DNA of 64,000 nucleotides from an uncultured virus (IMG/VR IMGVR_UViG_3300022602_000040) (IMGVR_UViG_3300022602_000040), one strand, 5' to 3'; positions 9,529 to 18,007 are shown, counted from the first letter of the stretch. Notes: generated from the sequence alone by a model not told the origin. Numbers and translations are program-made.

Positions 9529-9972
9529 TTAAAACGCAAACGTGGCGATAGGAACATTCACCACAGTCTGATTTCCGGATTGATCGATAACGGTTAGCTG
9601 AACATTGCTGCCAGTCTTGATATAGCTAATAGAGTTTCCGTCAAGCGTGAAAGTACCTGCGTTGGCTGTTCCACCAGCTTGAAACAAGTTGTTCGATAGC
9701 TGAGTAGCTAGCTGAGCATACACCTGTGATGTAAACAGCGAAACGAACTTCGCCAATGGTGTGTTCGCTGCTGCTGTTGCTGCAGCGGCTTGAGCCGAGG
9801 CAAGTGCGTCGGCGTTTGATTGAGCGTGTGATGATTCGGCAGCTGAAACACTTAGGACATGCGAAGACCATCCGACACCGTTGAATGCCGGATCTTTGAA
9901 TTGCTGTACTATTGGATCCGCAAGAGCTGGGCTACTTACCAGCAGCAGAGGCAGACTTAGGATCTTTCTCAT
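9529..9972 (-). CDS. csgF: curli assembly component CsgF
   Basis: Signal peptide then QQFKDPAFNG (cf. CsgF FRNPNFGG); C-terminal VQLTVIDQSGNQTVVNVP; adjacent to csgG. Confidence 0.85.
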   Translation of the reverse strand: MRKILSLPLLLVSSPALADPIVQQFKDPAFNGVGWSSHVLSVSAAESSHAQSNADALASAQAAAATAAANTPLAKFVSLFTSQVYAQLATQLSNNLFQAGGTANAGTFTLDGNSISYIKTGSNVQLTVIDQSGNQTVVNVPIATFAF

Positions 9973-10057
9973 TTGTTTGTTCCTTCTTGTCGGCAGAAGA
10001 AAAACTAAACTCAAGAGTAAAGACTTTCAGAAGATCAATCTTTAGGTTTATACTCAC
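9932..10057 (-). CDS. 41-aa micro-protein (not in ORF track)
   Basis: AAGGAGG-6nt-GTG; MSINLKIDLLKVFTLEFSFSSADKKEQTNEKDPKSASAAGK; overlaps both neighbours. Confidence 0.55.
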   Translation of the reverse strand: MSINLKIDLLKVFTLEFSFSSADKKEQTNEKDPKSASAAGK

Positions 10058-10298
10058 TATGATCCTCCTTAATCTGCAATACAACATTCACCTTCTGATT
10101 CAATCGAATAAGATCATTATCGAGCATACGAATACGATCGATAAGTGCAATTAGAATTACGTTGGTTTCCCCTATCAAGGGCATTAACTTCTCGGTAACG
10201 AATTTGTAGATAAAGTAAACAAAATATCCCATACCTACAGACGAAACAATCGGAAAACCATACTGTTTGACTAGCGATGCTATTAGAGTAGGGTCCAT
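10035..10298 (-). CDS. small membrane protein (GFPI motif, TM + coiled coil)
   Basis: YGFPIV-TM-LIDRIRMLDNDLIRL; paralogous to next ORF. Confidence 0.8.
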   Translation of the reverse strand: MDPTLIASLVKQYGFPIVSSVGMGYFVYFIYKFVTEKLMPLIGETNVILIALIDRIRMLDNDLIRLNQKVNVVLQIKEDHSEYKPKD

Positions 10299-10582
10299 TA
10301 ATCCCTCCTTGCGTCGTTCTTACCGTCGGCTCTTGCTATTCTTTCCAAATCAGGTTTGAGACCAAGCGCAGAACTAACGACAGTATCAACTCTAATAATA
10401 TCGTGGTTCATTGTTTTGACTCGGTTATCAAGGCCGATAATGATGCCTTGCATACCCTTAATCGCTTTTAGAACACTTTCAAGAATGTAATTGATAACGA
10501 AATACACGAAAACCCCACCGAGCAATGCTGCTGCGATGGGGAATCCGACATCTGCTATCAATTGAAAAATTACGTTTGTCAT
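10298..10582 (-). CDS. small membrane protein (GFPI motif, TM + coiled coil)
   Basis: VGFPIA-TM-LDNRVKTMNHDIIRV; first gene of the operon. Confidence 0.8.
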   Translation of the reverse strand: MTNVIFQLIADVGFPIAAALLGGVFVYFVINYILESVLKAIKGMQGIIIGLDNRVKTMNHDIIRVDTVVSSALGLKPDLERIARADGKNDARRD

Positions 10583-10587
10583 GCCTC

Positions 10588-10595
10588 TATTTATA
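10588..10595 (-). promoter_or_regulatory. T4-type late promoter TATAAATA for the curli/cyclase operon
   Basis: Exact TATAAATA 5 nt upstream of the ATG at 10582; gp55 is encoded in the window. Confidence 0.75.
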
Positions 10596-10636
10596 AAACA
10601 GAAGTAACCTAGCGGTTAACAAAACGTTAACACTTT

Positions 10637-11743
10637 TTACTCGTAATCGCGAACTCCCTTGAACTTCGGAAAGCGAGGAACGCCATCGGGAGTGTAATTC
10701 TGGAACACGACAGTACCCTTCTTACCGATGTGTTGATTCTTTTCGCTCAGAAGCTGCTTGCAGTAATCCACATTACCAATAAGACCAGCGCTGAAAGTAC
10801 GACCGTCTCCAAGAGCAAGCACAACACGAGCAGCCATGCCGCTTCGATTGCCGTCACCTTCCTGAACGTCGACGATGGTGAACTCTTCATCCTGCATTTC
10901 CTTCCACTTGATCAAGTTTGCCGAGCGCTTGTTTTCATACTTACCAGCGGTGCGAACCATGGCGCCTTCAAAACCATCTTCAATGAACTCTGCAGCGATC
11001 TTATCCACATCATCGACATGGGCTTCAAGAGTCGACGTGATGACTATATCATGTTCAGTAGCGACGAGAACGAAGTCGATCAGATTCTGCAGGACCTTGG
11101 ACCGTTCACCAAACGTATCGGTATGGGAAGGAAGGTCGTACACCCAGTACTGGATGTTTTCCTTAGATGTCTTGAGGTCAGCAGCAGTAGGCTTCTGCTT
11201 CTTCACGCACGAAACGATCTTATTGAAATCGTCCTTGAGGTCGTGGTTATACAGCTCCCCATCGATGATAGTATCAGGATACATACCAAAGATCAGCTCA
11301 AGCTGCTGATGGATGTGAGGAGCACCGTAGATCGGCTTACCTTCACGAGTCCACAATCCATCCTTGTTGGCGATGCAACGAACGCCATCGAGCTTTGGCT
11401 GCATGTGGATCAGACCAGAGACCTTGTCCTTGCGGTCTGCCCACTTAGTAGCAAGCATGGGCTTGAAGCGCATAGCAACGTCTACAGTGTCAAGGGTTTC
11501 GTGATAGTCGCGAGCGAGCTTCTTCTGGTACTCGGCATTGACTTCTGCCACAGCCTGTTGGCCAGCAGTCGTAGCATTAGCTCGACCTTCGTTCTTCGGC
11601 TTGGCAACAGTCCACTCAGTCGTGGTCTTCTTGCCGTCCTGCTGACCAGACGTCGTACGATACCGATCGCCATCAACTTCGGCAAACCAGATCTGAACCT
11701 TGCCGGTCGAAGTGCGCTTAAAGAGAGTAGGGAAAGTTAGCAT
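10637..11743 (-). CDS. ATP-dependent DNA ligase
   Basis: PMLA, QPKLDGVRC, IDGELY, YDL, EGAMVR, YENKRS, PRFPKF motifs. Confidence 0.93.
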   Translation of the reverse strand: MLTFPTLFKRTSTGKVQIWFAEVDGDRYRTTSGQQDGKKTTTEWTVAKPKNEGRANATTAGQQAVAEVNAEYQKKLARDYHETLDTVDVAMRFKPMLATKWADRKDKVSGLIHMQPKLDGVRCIANKDGLWTREGKPIYGAPHIHQQLELIFGMYPDTIIDGELYNHDLKDDFNKIVSCVKKQKPTAADLKTSKENIQYWVYDLPSHTDTFGERSKVLQNLIDFVLVATEHDIVITSTLEAHVDDVDKIAAEFIEDGFEGAMVRTAGKYENKRSANLIKWKEMQDEEFTIVDVQEGDGNRSGMAARVVLALGDGRTFSAGLIGNVDYCKQLLSEKNQHIGKKGTVVFQNYTPDGVPRFPKFKGVRDYE

Positions 11744-11766
11744 AAGATCTCCGTTCGTGATAACCT

Positions 11767-11795
11767 CTTATCACATACTTTTGATTGAAAGGCAA
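11767..11795 (-). promoter_or_regulatory. early promoter (DNA ligase)
   Basis: TTGCCT-17-GATAAG. Confidence 0.8.
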
Positions 11796-11798
11796 CAG

Positions 11799-12290
11799 TT
11801 ATTTTTGAAAATCTACAGGGATAATGTTAGACTCAGAATCGTCGGTGTCTTTTCTGGCTTCGGTCTGACGAGCCTTGGCTTTATCGTACTTAGCCTTCTC
11901 AGAAACTTTCCACCACTTCTCTTTGTCATCCCAAACATGACTAAATTCTTGGAGCATACGGGCCTTGAGATAATCAGATGGTTGGCTTCTATCACCATGA
12001 ATTAACTGATAGATATTACCCTCTCCTGCTACCCAAGGCTTTACAGACACGGCGATCATCCTGTGATACCTTTCGCAAGATTTTTCAGCGTCGTTACTGA
12101 TGTAATAGGAGCGAATCGACTCGTTGTGTTTACTACAGAAAAGGAATACGTAGTTGTAGTCTGTCGTCTTTCCTGCTGCATCCACCCACGTACAACACGT
12201 ATAGCCAAGGTAATGCCACTTAGACATATCGTGTCCGTGCAGCATTACTGGCTTTGGTTTAGGGGCTTTCTTTTTAAATAAAACAAACAT
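11799..12290 (-). CDS. hypothetical protein
   Basis: 163-aa ORF in operon order. Confidence 0.65.
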   Translation of the reverse strand: MFVLFKKKAPKPKPVMLHGHDMSKWHYLGYTCCTWVDAAGKTTDYNYVFLFCSKHNESIRSYYISNDAEKSCERYHRMIAVSVKPWVAGEGNIYQLIHGDRSQPSDYLKARMLQEFSHVWDDKEKWWKVSEKAKYDKAKARQTEARKDTDDSESNIIPVDFQK

Positions 12291-12297
12291 TTAACAC

Positions 12298-12729
12298 CTA
12301 TGCGTGTGTTTGAGTTGTTCCGTCAGGCCAGAAAATGACCTTAGATTTCTGCTTCTTAGCAGCATAATCATTGGTGTACCATGTGCCGCCATTAGGCTGC
12401 CATTCCGTTTGGTATGGTACAACAAACAGCATATCCGTATCATCAACGATGTTGCGGTTGCGAGCAAAGTACGATAGCGGCTCACGATGCTGGTGCGAGT
12501 GGTGATACGCACGCAGCCCATCCTTGATCGGTGGGTGGTTGACCACGTGGTAACCAAGGCTAGCAGCTAGGATAGCAGCCTCGACATCAACCCCAACACA
12601 ATCACCATGATGAAACTCCATGGGCTCATCTGGTTCTCGGTCATTGATAAACTGCTCGAGGTAGAACTTCACAGCGTTAAACTGTGCCTCAGTCATACCA
12701 GAGCGCGTACCTGTCACACCAATTTTCAT
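12298..12729 (-). CDS. SLOG-superfamily (YspA/DprA-like) nucleotide-binding protein
   Basis: IGVTGTR, HHGDCVGVD, RNRNIVD, GGTWYT motifs. Confidence 0.75.
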   Translation of the reverse strand: MKIGVTGTRSGMTEAQFNAVKFYLEQFINDREPDEPMEFHHGDCVGVDVEAAILAASLGYHVVNHPPIKDGLRAYHHSHQHREPLSYFARNRNIVDDTDMLFVVPYQTEWQPNGGTWYTNDYAAKKQKSKVIFWPDGTTQTHA

Positions 12730-12738
12730 ACTTGCCCC

Positions 12739-13137
12739 TTAGGTAAAAGTCTTCAACGATTTCAAATCATCACCAATGTTGTCTTCGATGATAGGTCCGA
12801 GACCAAGACAAGTCGTGGTTGGTTCATTGAACACAGTGAATCCAGCATCAGTTACGAGACTAGTTCCACAGATGTCCTTGTACTTCTCTTGGATAGCCCG
12901 AAGTTCATCAACAGTATCTACAATCAGCGTGATCTTGTAAGCACGGTCGCTATTTTGATAGCGTTCGGCATCTCCCGGTTCATCTTCGGTAAACCCGTGA
13001 TGTCCGGGAAATCGTTTTACAGAATCCCAAAACGCATGAAGATAAGCATGACCGGCTTGCGTACACATCTTACCACGGATGCCATTCATCTTTTGAACGC
13101 TCTCGCGAGCAAAGATGCAGTACATTTTGACTTTCAT
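12739..13137 (-). CDS. pth2: peptidyl-tRNA hydrolase, Pth2 type
   Basis: GKMCTQAGHA, KITL, DAGFT...PTTTCLGLGP motifs. Confidence 0.88.
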   Translation of the reverse strand: MKVKMYCIFARESVQKMNGIRGKMCTQAGHAYLHAFWDSVKRFPGHHGFTEDEPGDAERYQNSDRAYKITLIVDTVDELRAIQEKYKDICGTSLVTDAGFTVFNEPTTTCLGLGPIIEDNIGDDLKSLKTFT

Positions 13138-13613
13138 GGTTCAATCATCGTAACAGAAGCAAAGCCTTCGGCTTCAGTAGGCATGACAAACGAAGCCTGC
13201 ATGCTCTTGATGACGGTATCGGGAATTGACTTGCCAGGACGATCGAGACGACGCTCCCATTCCGCCTGCTCGGGAGCAAGGAACACGATGGCGTGAAACG
13301 TGTAACCATGCTTCCTGAGCAGTTCGAAATATCGAGCACGCGACTTGACAGACATATTCGTACGATCGACGATAATATCCGAACCAGACGCACCCCAGAT
13401 GTTCAGACGATCCCAGAACACCTTGTCAGCGAACTTAATCAGCTGATCAAACATGTCGCTATACGTATAGCCATGCATATTCGCCACAGTTTCGATGATT
13501 GCGTCAGACGATGCAATCTTACCCTTAATGGTCTTGCCCCAGTTTTGTTCAAGCCACGTCGACTTACCAACACCTGGAGGACCAACGAGAATGGTACAGT
13601 TCTTAGCCACCAA
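13134..13613 (-). CDS. P-loop kinase, polynucleotide kinase-like (AAA_33)
   Basis: GPPGVGKST Walker A, IIVDRTN...R, RR..R lid, PTEAEGF; near Rnl1. Confidence 0.8.
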   Translation of the reverse strand: MVAKNCTILVGPPGVGKSTWLEQNWGKTIKGKIASSDAIIETVANMHGYTYSDMFDQLIKFADKVFWDRLNIWGASGSDIIVDRTNMSVKSRARYFELLRKHGYTFHAIVFLAPEQAEWERRLDRPGKSIPDTVIKSMQASFVMPTEAEGFASVTMIEP

Positions 13614-13821
13614 CGTATTCCTTCTTAATCAAACTTACGAGATCCGCGACCGTGTGGATCTCGTCACCGGCCAATTCTTCCACATCAGAACTACCATCCA
13701 TCATATCAATTGCAATGTCAACAGGAGATGTTTCGAGCAGCCATTGTTTGTAGCCGCCTTCCCATGCGTTTTTCCACGCTTCCCTAACAGCTTGGTCCAG
13801 ACTCGTATTAAATATCATCAT
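13603..13821 (-). CDS. hypothetical protein
   Basis: ORF overlapping neighbours in operon. Confidence 0.55.
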   Translation of the reverse strand: MMIFNTSLDQAVREAWKNAWEGGYKQWLLETSPVDIAIDMMDGSSDVEELAGDEIHTVADLVSLIKKEYVGG

Positions 13822-13990
13822 ATCTGTCCAAATACGCCTGGTATTCTACTTGTGCCGAAACACCAGCATCGTATGCTGCTGTCCAACATTCCCGTAAAGA
13901 GTTATAAATTTCATAACGCTTCAGAATGTCTATCGAGCTGTACAGGTCATCGATAGGATAGGTTTTATCGAACCATTGTTCAAAAGTCAT
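13808..13990 (-). CDS. hypothetical protein (MTFEQWF-type)
   Basis: Start resembles 41763..41951 ORF (MTFEKWF ... AAY..G). Confidence 0.6.
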   Translation of the reverse strand: MTFEQWFDKTYPIDDLYSSIDILKRYEIYNSLRECWTAAYDAGVSAQVEYQAYLDRYDDI

Positions 13991-14147
13991 CAGGATTCAT
14001 TCCTCTTTCTGCAAGCTCGCCAGCGCGCTTATGGATTTCATCCAATGAAAGACGGGAGTTTTTGAGATATGCGACCCACCGTCTATACCTTGCATTCTCT
14101 TTTAGAGTTGGCTTTCTGATGGATCGCATTTCACTCCAGTCAATCAT
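13980..14147 (-). CDS. hypothetical protein, 55 aa
   Basis: Read by hand (MIDWSEMRSIRKP...); fills operon gap with overlaps. Confidence 0.5.
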   Translation of the reverse strand: MIDWSEMRSIRKPTLKENARYRRWVAYLKNSRLSLDEIHKRAGELAERGMNPDDF

Positions 14148-14313
14148 TGTGATTCCTAACTAAGTGACTATCTAAAATTGCCATGATATGCCAGTATGCC
14201 GCAGTTCTACCGTTTGCATATTCTACTTCTGGTAGTGAGTTTAACGCACTCATAATAACATTGCCAAGTTCAGTTGGAAACTTTTGTCCTCCAATGGAAT
14301 GTGGTTTAGTCAT
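14140..14313 (-). CDS. hypothetical protein, 57 aa
   Basis: Read by hand (MTKPHSIGGQKF...); overlaps Rnl1 stop. Confidence 0.45.
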   Translation of the reverse strand: MTKPHSIGGQKFPTELGNVIMSALNSLPEVEYANGRTAAYWHIMAILDSHLVRNHND

Positions 14314-15538
14314 TGTAAGTCAATCCAGGGAACCAAGCATCACGAATCGCTTCGTACTTTACAGTACGACCAAGATTGTTGCGGATCGTATTGCGAACAT
14401 CTTCAAAGACTTTATCGTAGTCAGGATTGTTAAAGTTCTTGAACACAATCGACTTCACAAAACCATCAACTTTATCTGAATGCTCAAGAGCAAAGGTCTT
14501 TCGATCAACGTTCTTAGCCGAAAGCCATATAAGATGAAGTTGGATTTGACGAGCAATAGTCTTGGTGCTAAAGTTAAACTCAGACTCAAATCGCTCAAGA
14601 TCGTAACGGTCCTCCGCAGGTAGATGAGCCTTGATGTCATCCAGTTTTTCGTCCAGAATGATTTCAACGATGTTGCGATCCTGTAGGATAGCTTCCTTCG
14701 CCTTGTGAATCTGGAGATACCAGTGGCACTTCAGCTTCAACATATGCCCATCATCAAAACGAACCACGAACCCTTCAAGGTCTTCCAGATCACGAACGTA
14801 TTCAAGGAATGCCTTCATGTCATTCTGTTCACCATAGTTAGTGAACTCAAATGCACGAACAACAGGGATATCCCAATCTTCAACATGTAATCGGTTGATA
14901 CGACCATCGCCGAACAATTTGATATATTCGCCAGTATGCATATCACGGAGAGCGGTGAGGATCAGTTGATCTTCCTTGTAGTCCAGAACAATGCGCTGCT
15001 TACGCGAACACCATTCAAAGATAGGAGTTACACCGTTGGCAATGCAGGAAGTAGCAAACTTCTCATACTGAGGTTTGTTCTTCACGTACTCCTCAACAGG
15101 CTTTGCCACATCAGTAGCACCCATCTTCGTGCCCCAGATCATCTGACCATACACAATGAACGGAGCGATCATTGAACCATCGAGCTTCTCAAGGATAGCA
15201 TGAGGACGCGACAGATCAATGACATGATCCTGAGTCTCTTCACGCTCGTTCACGTTGAAGAACTTGTGGAACGGGCGACGAATGATATCACCAGTCTCTG
15301 TGTTAAAGATGATACCACGACATTCACGACGAATTGCGGCATAATAGCTTTCCAAAGCCTCAGTCGAGCTATGGACCATATAGCTTTCCACGGTTACATC
15401 AGGAAACGTATCAGCCATCATCACGTTGTAGTTGATGACAGTGTATGACCCTTTATCTGCGACTACAAACTCGTCACGACCTTCAATAGCAGGCAGCACA
15501 TCAGCGATGTTGCGGATAAGGGGAAATTCGTAGTTCAT
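14306..15538 (-). CDS. rnlA: T4 RNA ligase 1-like
   Basis: RECRGIIF, RPFHKFFN, EKLDGSMI, TPIFEW, EGFVV, LKLKCHWY motifs. Confidence 0.9.
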   Translation of the reverse strand: MNYEFPLIRNIADVLPAIEGRDEFVVADKGSYTVINYNVMMADTFPDVTVESYMVHSSTEALESYYAAIRRECRGIIFNTETGDIIRRPFHKFFNVNEREETQDHVIDLSRPHAILEKLDGSMIAPFIVYGQMIWGTKMGATDVAKPVEEYVKNKPQYEKFATSCIANGVTPIFEWCSRKQRIVLDYKEDQLILTALRDMHTGEYIKLFGDGRINRLHVEDWDIPVVRAFEFTNYGEQNDMKAFLEYVRDLEDLEGFVVRFDDGHMLKLKCHWYLQIHKAKEAILQDRNIVEIILDEKLDDIKAHLPAEDRYDLERFESEFNFSTKTIARQIQLHLIWLSAKNVDRKTFALEHSDKVDGFVKSIVFKNFNNPDYDKVFEDVRNTIRNNLGRTVKYEAIRDAWFPGLTYND

Positions 15539-15547
15539 GATAAAACC

Positions 15548-15865
15548 TCAAACAGATTCACGAATGCGGTCAACAGCGATATTGACCTTAGCCTTTAGAA
15601 TAACGTCATCGTTCAAAGGCTGGTTGAAATAGGTAGTATGAGTATATTCCCCACCCTTGGGGTATACGAAGCGAGACGACTTACCGTTCTCGATGGAGAC
15701 AAACGTGCCGATCTTCTTTCGGCCGAGCATAATAGCAACGCCATCCTTCGTTGTCTGGTGAGTGACACCAGCTGTCTCGCAGATCTTGAGCAGGGCATTC
15801 TTACTGAGACCGATCATCATCAACTCCGCATCAAAACTCGAGAGCGACACAGGACACCTAGGCAT
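15548..15865 (-). CDS. hypothetical early protein (start uncertain)
   Basis: ORF downstream of early promoter 15912-15940; start may be the internal MMIGL after GGAG. Confidence 0.55.
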   Translation of the reverse strand: MPRCPVSLSSFDAELMMIGLSKNALLKICETAGVTHQTTKDGVAIMLGRKKIGTFVSIENGKSSRFVYPKGGEYTHTTYFNQPLNDDVILKAKVNIAVDRIRESV

Positions 15866-15911
15866 CTGCCAATTTACGAAATCCCATTCGGGTCTCGCTC
15901 TCGATAGATTC

Positions 15912-15940
15912 CTTATCCCTTATTCTCAGAATAAAGGCAA
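15912..15940 (-). promoter_or_regulatory. early promoter
   Basis: TTGCCT-17-GATAAG. Confidence 0.8.
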
Positions 15941-15943
15941 CAG

Positions 15944-16537
15944 TTATTTGATGGTGCGGCCTGGTGTGCCTACGGCAATCTTAGTATGCCACTCGTCACC
16001 GATCTTGCGTTGATAGAAGTGTTTCTTCAACTCTGGATGACGCTGAACCTCTGGATCGTCATGAGGAACGTTGGTACGGATCTCATCGTCAGGCATCAGG
16101 CGCTTGACTTCGTGATGAGGAAGGGCGTGCTGGGCTAGGTTCTCGACCTGCTTTTTGTGGAACGACAGAGACGGACCGGAGATTTCTGCGTACGATCTAC
16201 CCTGCTTAATATCGTTTTTAACGATGTTTGAAAGCCCCTTCTTTCCTTCGGGCGTTCCGTCCGAAGCGATCGCAACACGCTTTCTACCCTCTTTATCCTT
16301 GTAGAGAGCCGCTGCTCTGACCTTGCCAGACGAATCCTTATGCAGTTTCCACATAGGAATGTTCTTGACCATATCCTGGTGGCTTTTGAAGCCAGAACCA
16401 TGAATCCCACCGATCGGCGAGTATGCATGCTGAACCATGTTGAACACATGCTCTGCGTGCTTATGCTTCTCTGCTTCGTGCCGTGGTAGGAGGTTGACAA
16501 ACCCCTCTGAAAGATACTGCTTGAACGTAATCATCAA
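15944..16537 (-). CDS. putative internal head protein with capsid-targeting-like N-terminus
   Basis: MITFKQYLSE resembles T4 internal-protein CTS; co-transcribed from late promoter 17097-17104. Confidence 0.6.
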   Translation of the reverse strand: MMITFKQYLSEGFVNLLPRHEAEKHKHAEHVFNMVQHAYSPIGGIHGSGFKSHQDMVKNIPMWKLHKDSSGKVRAAALYKDKEGRKRVAIASDGTPEGKKGLSNIVKNDIKQGRSYAEISGPSLSFHKKQVENLAQHALPHHEVKRLMPDDEIRTNVPHDDPEVQRHPELKKHFYQRKIGDEWHTKIAVGTPGRTIK

Positions 16538-17079
16538 TGGTGCTCCGGGAAATTGCCGACCATCGACTTCGTCATATTCAAAACAGGGGTCATGTCCTTG
16601 AGACGGTGACCTTCACCTTCGAGGTGGATAGGCTTCTTGTAACGTGCGGTGATGTGCTTGAGAGGAACGACGTCATCCTTCGTGCCATGAAACGCTACAG
16701 CGTGATGACGAGGATATTTTTCAGTTTCCTTCTCGAGCTTCTTGTATTCCTCATAGTGCTCTGCAGGGAGATTGTACTTCTTGAAGTTTTCCGAAGGCTT
16801 GAGCGAAGGATTGACAAGCACCGACTTGATTCCATGCTTAGCAGCCATATAGTCGCCCCAGAAGCCACCAGCGCTCGATCCAACGACGATTGGATCGTGA
16901 TGCGTCTTGAGATGCTCAGCAAGGTCATCCATCTGCTTACGGGTCTTAGCAGGATGCTGCATGTGATCTATCGAAGGTGCGATGTGATGCTCATGCGGAA
17001 AAGCGCTACGGATCTGCTTACCCGTATCGCTGTCAGGCGAGCTACCTACACCGTGTAGATAGACGATAGTACTCTTCAT
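16534..17079 (-). CDS. alpha/beta hydrolase, YqiA/UPF0227 esterase-like
   Basis: YLHG..SSP, GSSAGG nucleophile elbow, LVNPSL, DDVV, GEGH. Confidence 0.85.
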   Translation of the reverse strand: MKSTIVYLHGVGSSPDSDTGKQIRSAFPHEHHIAPSIDHMQHPAKTRKQMDDLAEHLKTHHDPIVVGSSAGGFWGDYMAAKHGIKSVLVNPSLKPSENFKKYNLPAEHYEEYKKLEKETEKYPRHHAVAFHGTKDDVVPLKHITARYKKPIHLEGEGHRLKDMTPVLNMTKSMVGNFPEHH

Positions 17080-17096
17080 CGGAATCTCCTTTGAGG

Positions 17097-17104
17097 TATT
17101 TATA
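17097..17104 (-). promoter_or_regulatory. late promoter TATAAATA
   Basis: Exact motif upstream of AAGGAG RBS of the esterase. Confidence 0.7.
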
Positions 17105-17122
17105 ACCTCGTATCACATCTCC

Positions 17123-17151
17123 CTTATCTGCTATGCGGCTGATAAAGTCAA
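17123..17151 (-). promoter_or_regulatory. early promoter
   Basis: TTGACT-17-GATAAG. Confidence 0.75.
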
Positions 17152-17336
17152 CCGTGTTTTTGAAGATAATCGTCACGAAAATCTTCGTACAGATATCCGT
17201 CTTCGAGAGCGAGGATTAGCGTATCCCCGTCGCAGATCACTCGATCACCATGACAGTTGCGCATGATGTAGTCTGCGTGCAGGTCCTGCAGATCGTAGTT
17301 GTCGTTGTAGATTTCGTCAAACTGTTCACGGGTCAT
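17148..17336 (-). CDS. hypothetical protein
   Basis: Acidic ORF, coupled stop/start. Confidence 0.6.
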   Translation of the reverse strand: MTREQFDEIYNDNYDLQDLHADYIMRNCHGDRVICDGDTLILALEDGYLYEDFRDDYLQKHG

Positions 17337-17518
17337 TATGCAGGTTCCTTCATTTCAGGATAGGGAAGGTTGTCGACATATGAGAATGCTACCTCGACAA
17401 AAAAGTCAATGTTTTCGAGGCAGTACTTCAAAACCGCCTCAGGATTCTTGCCAGTCTTTCGAAGGTAGTCGTCGTGCGCATCGACATACAGGCTTTCGGG
17501 GAAATAGAAAAAGCGCAT
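17336..17518 (-). CDS. hypothetical protein
   Basis: Coupled stop/start on both sides. Confidence 0.6.
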   Translation of the reverse strand: MRFFYFPESLYVDAHDDYLRKTGKNPEAVLKYCLENIDFFVEVAFSYVDNLPYPEMKEPA

Positions 17519-17706
17519 CAGACAATCTTCGTTACGCCGAGTTCGATACGACGCATGATTTCATCATACGTTTCCTGTACAACACCAGGTTGGCCGTCAG
17601 CCAAAGCCACATAAACCTTACCTTCATGCTCGACCACCGCGGTGATGTGCCGAAGATTGATAAGACTACGGCCAGTATCGGTCGTAAGAGTAATAAAAGT
17701 ATTCAT
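17518..17706 (-). CDS. small beta-rich protein (FlbD-like pattern)
   Basis: FITLT...INLRHITAV...VQETYDEI pattern. Confidence 0.55.
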   Translation of the reverse strand: MNTFITLTTDTGRSLINLRHITAVVEHEGKVYVALADGQPGVVQETYDEIMRRIELGVTKIV

Positions 17707-17707
17707 G

Positions 17708-18007
17708 TTATATCACCTTTCCATCGAGCATGAAGTAGTTACGAGCGCCGTTTTCACCGTAGTGAAAAGTCAGCAGACCATCGTCCTGGAGAATCTGGAG
17801 AGGAGCACGACCGGCATCCATCTTAGCGAAATAATCTTCGACAGTGTAGTGCTTAATCAGAGTCTTCTGAAACAGCGCCTTGGTGACAGGACCACGATGC
17901 TTGAAGCGAGCAACAAAACGCTTGCCTTCCCAATAAGAATCCTGGTGCGGATGATACTGAAGGTAGCCGCCGTGGTAGCTGAGAGATTCTTTGGTGAACT
18001 TGGTCAT
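17708..18007 (-). CDS. hypothetical early protein
   Basis: GAGGAG RBS, directly downstream of early promoter 18032-18060. Confidence 0.7.
   Translation of the reverse strand: MTKFTKESLSYHGGYLQYHPHQDSYWEGKRFVARFKHRGPVTKALFQKTLIKHYTVEDYFAKMDAGRAPLQILQDDGLLTFHYGENGARNYFMLDGKVI

Noticed and set aside
10730..11740. 336-aa plus-strand ORF (and similar antisense ORFs such as 12607..13296, 19761..20420, 58437..59075)
   Set aside because: Shadow frames of well-supported minus-strand genes; no motifs, RBS or promoters
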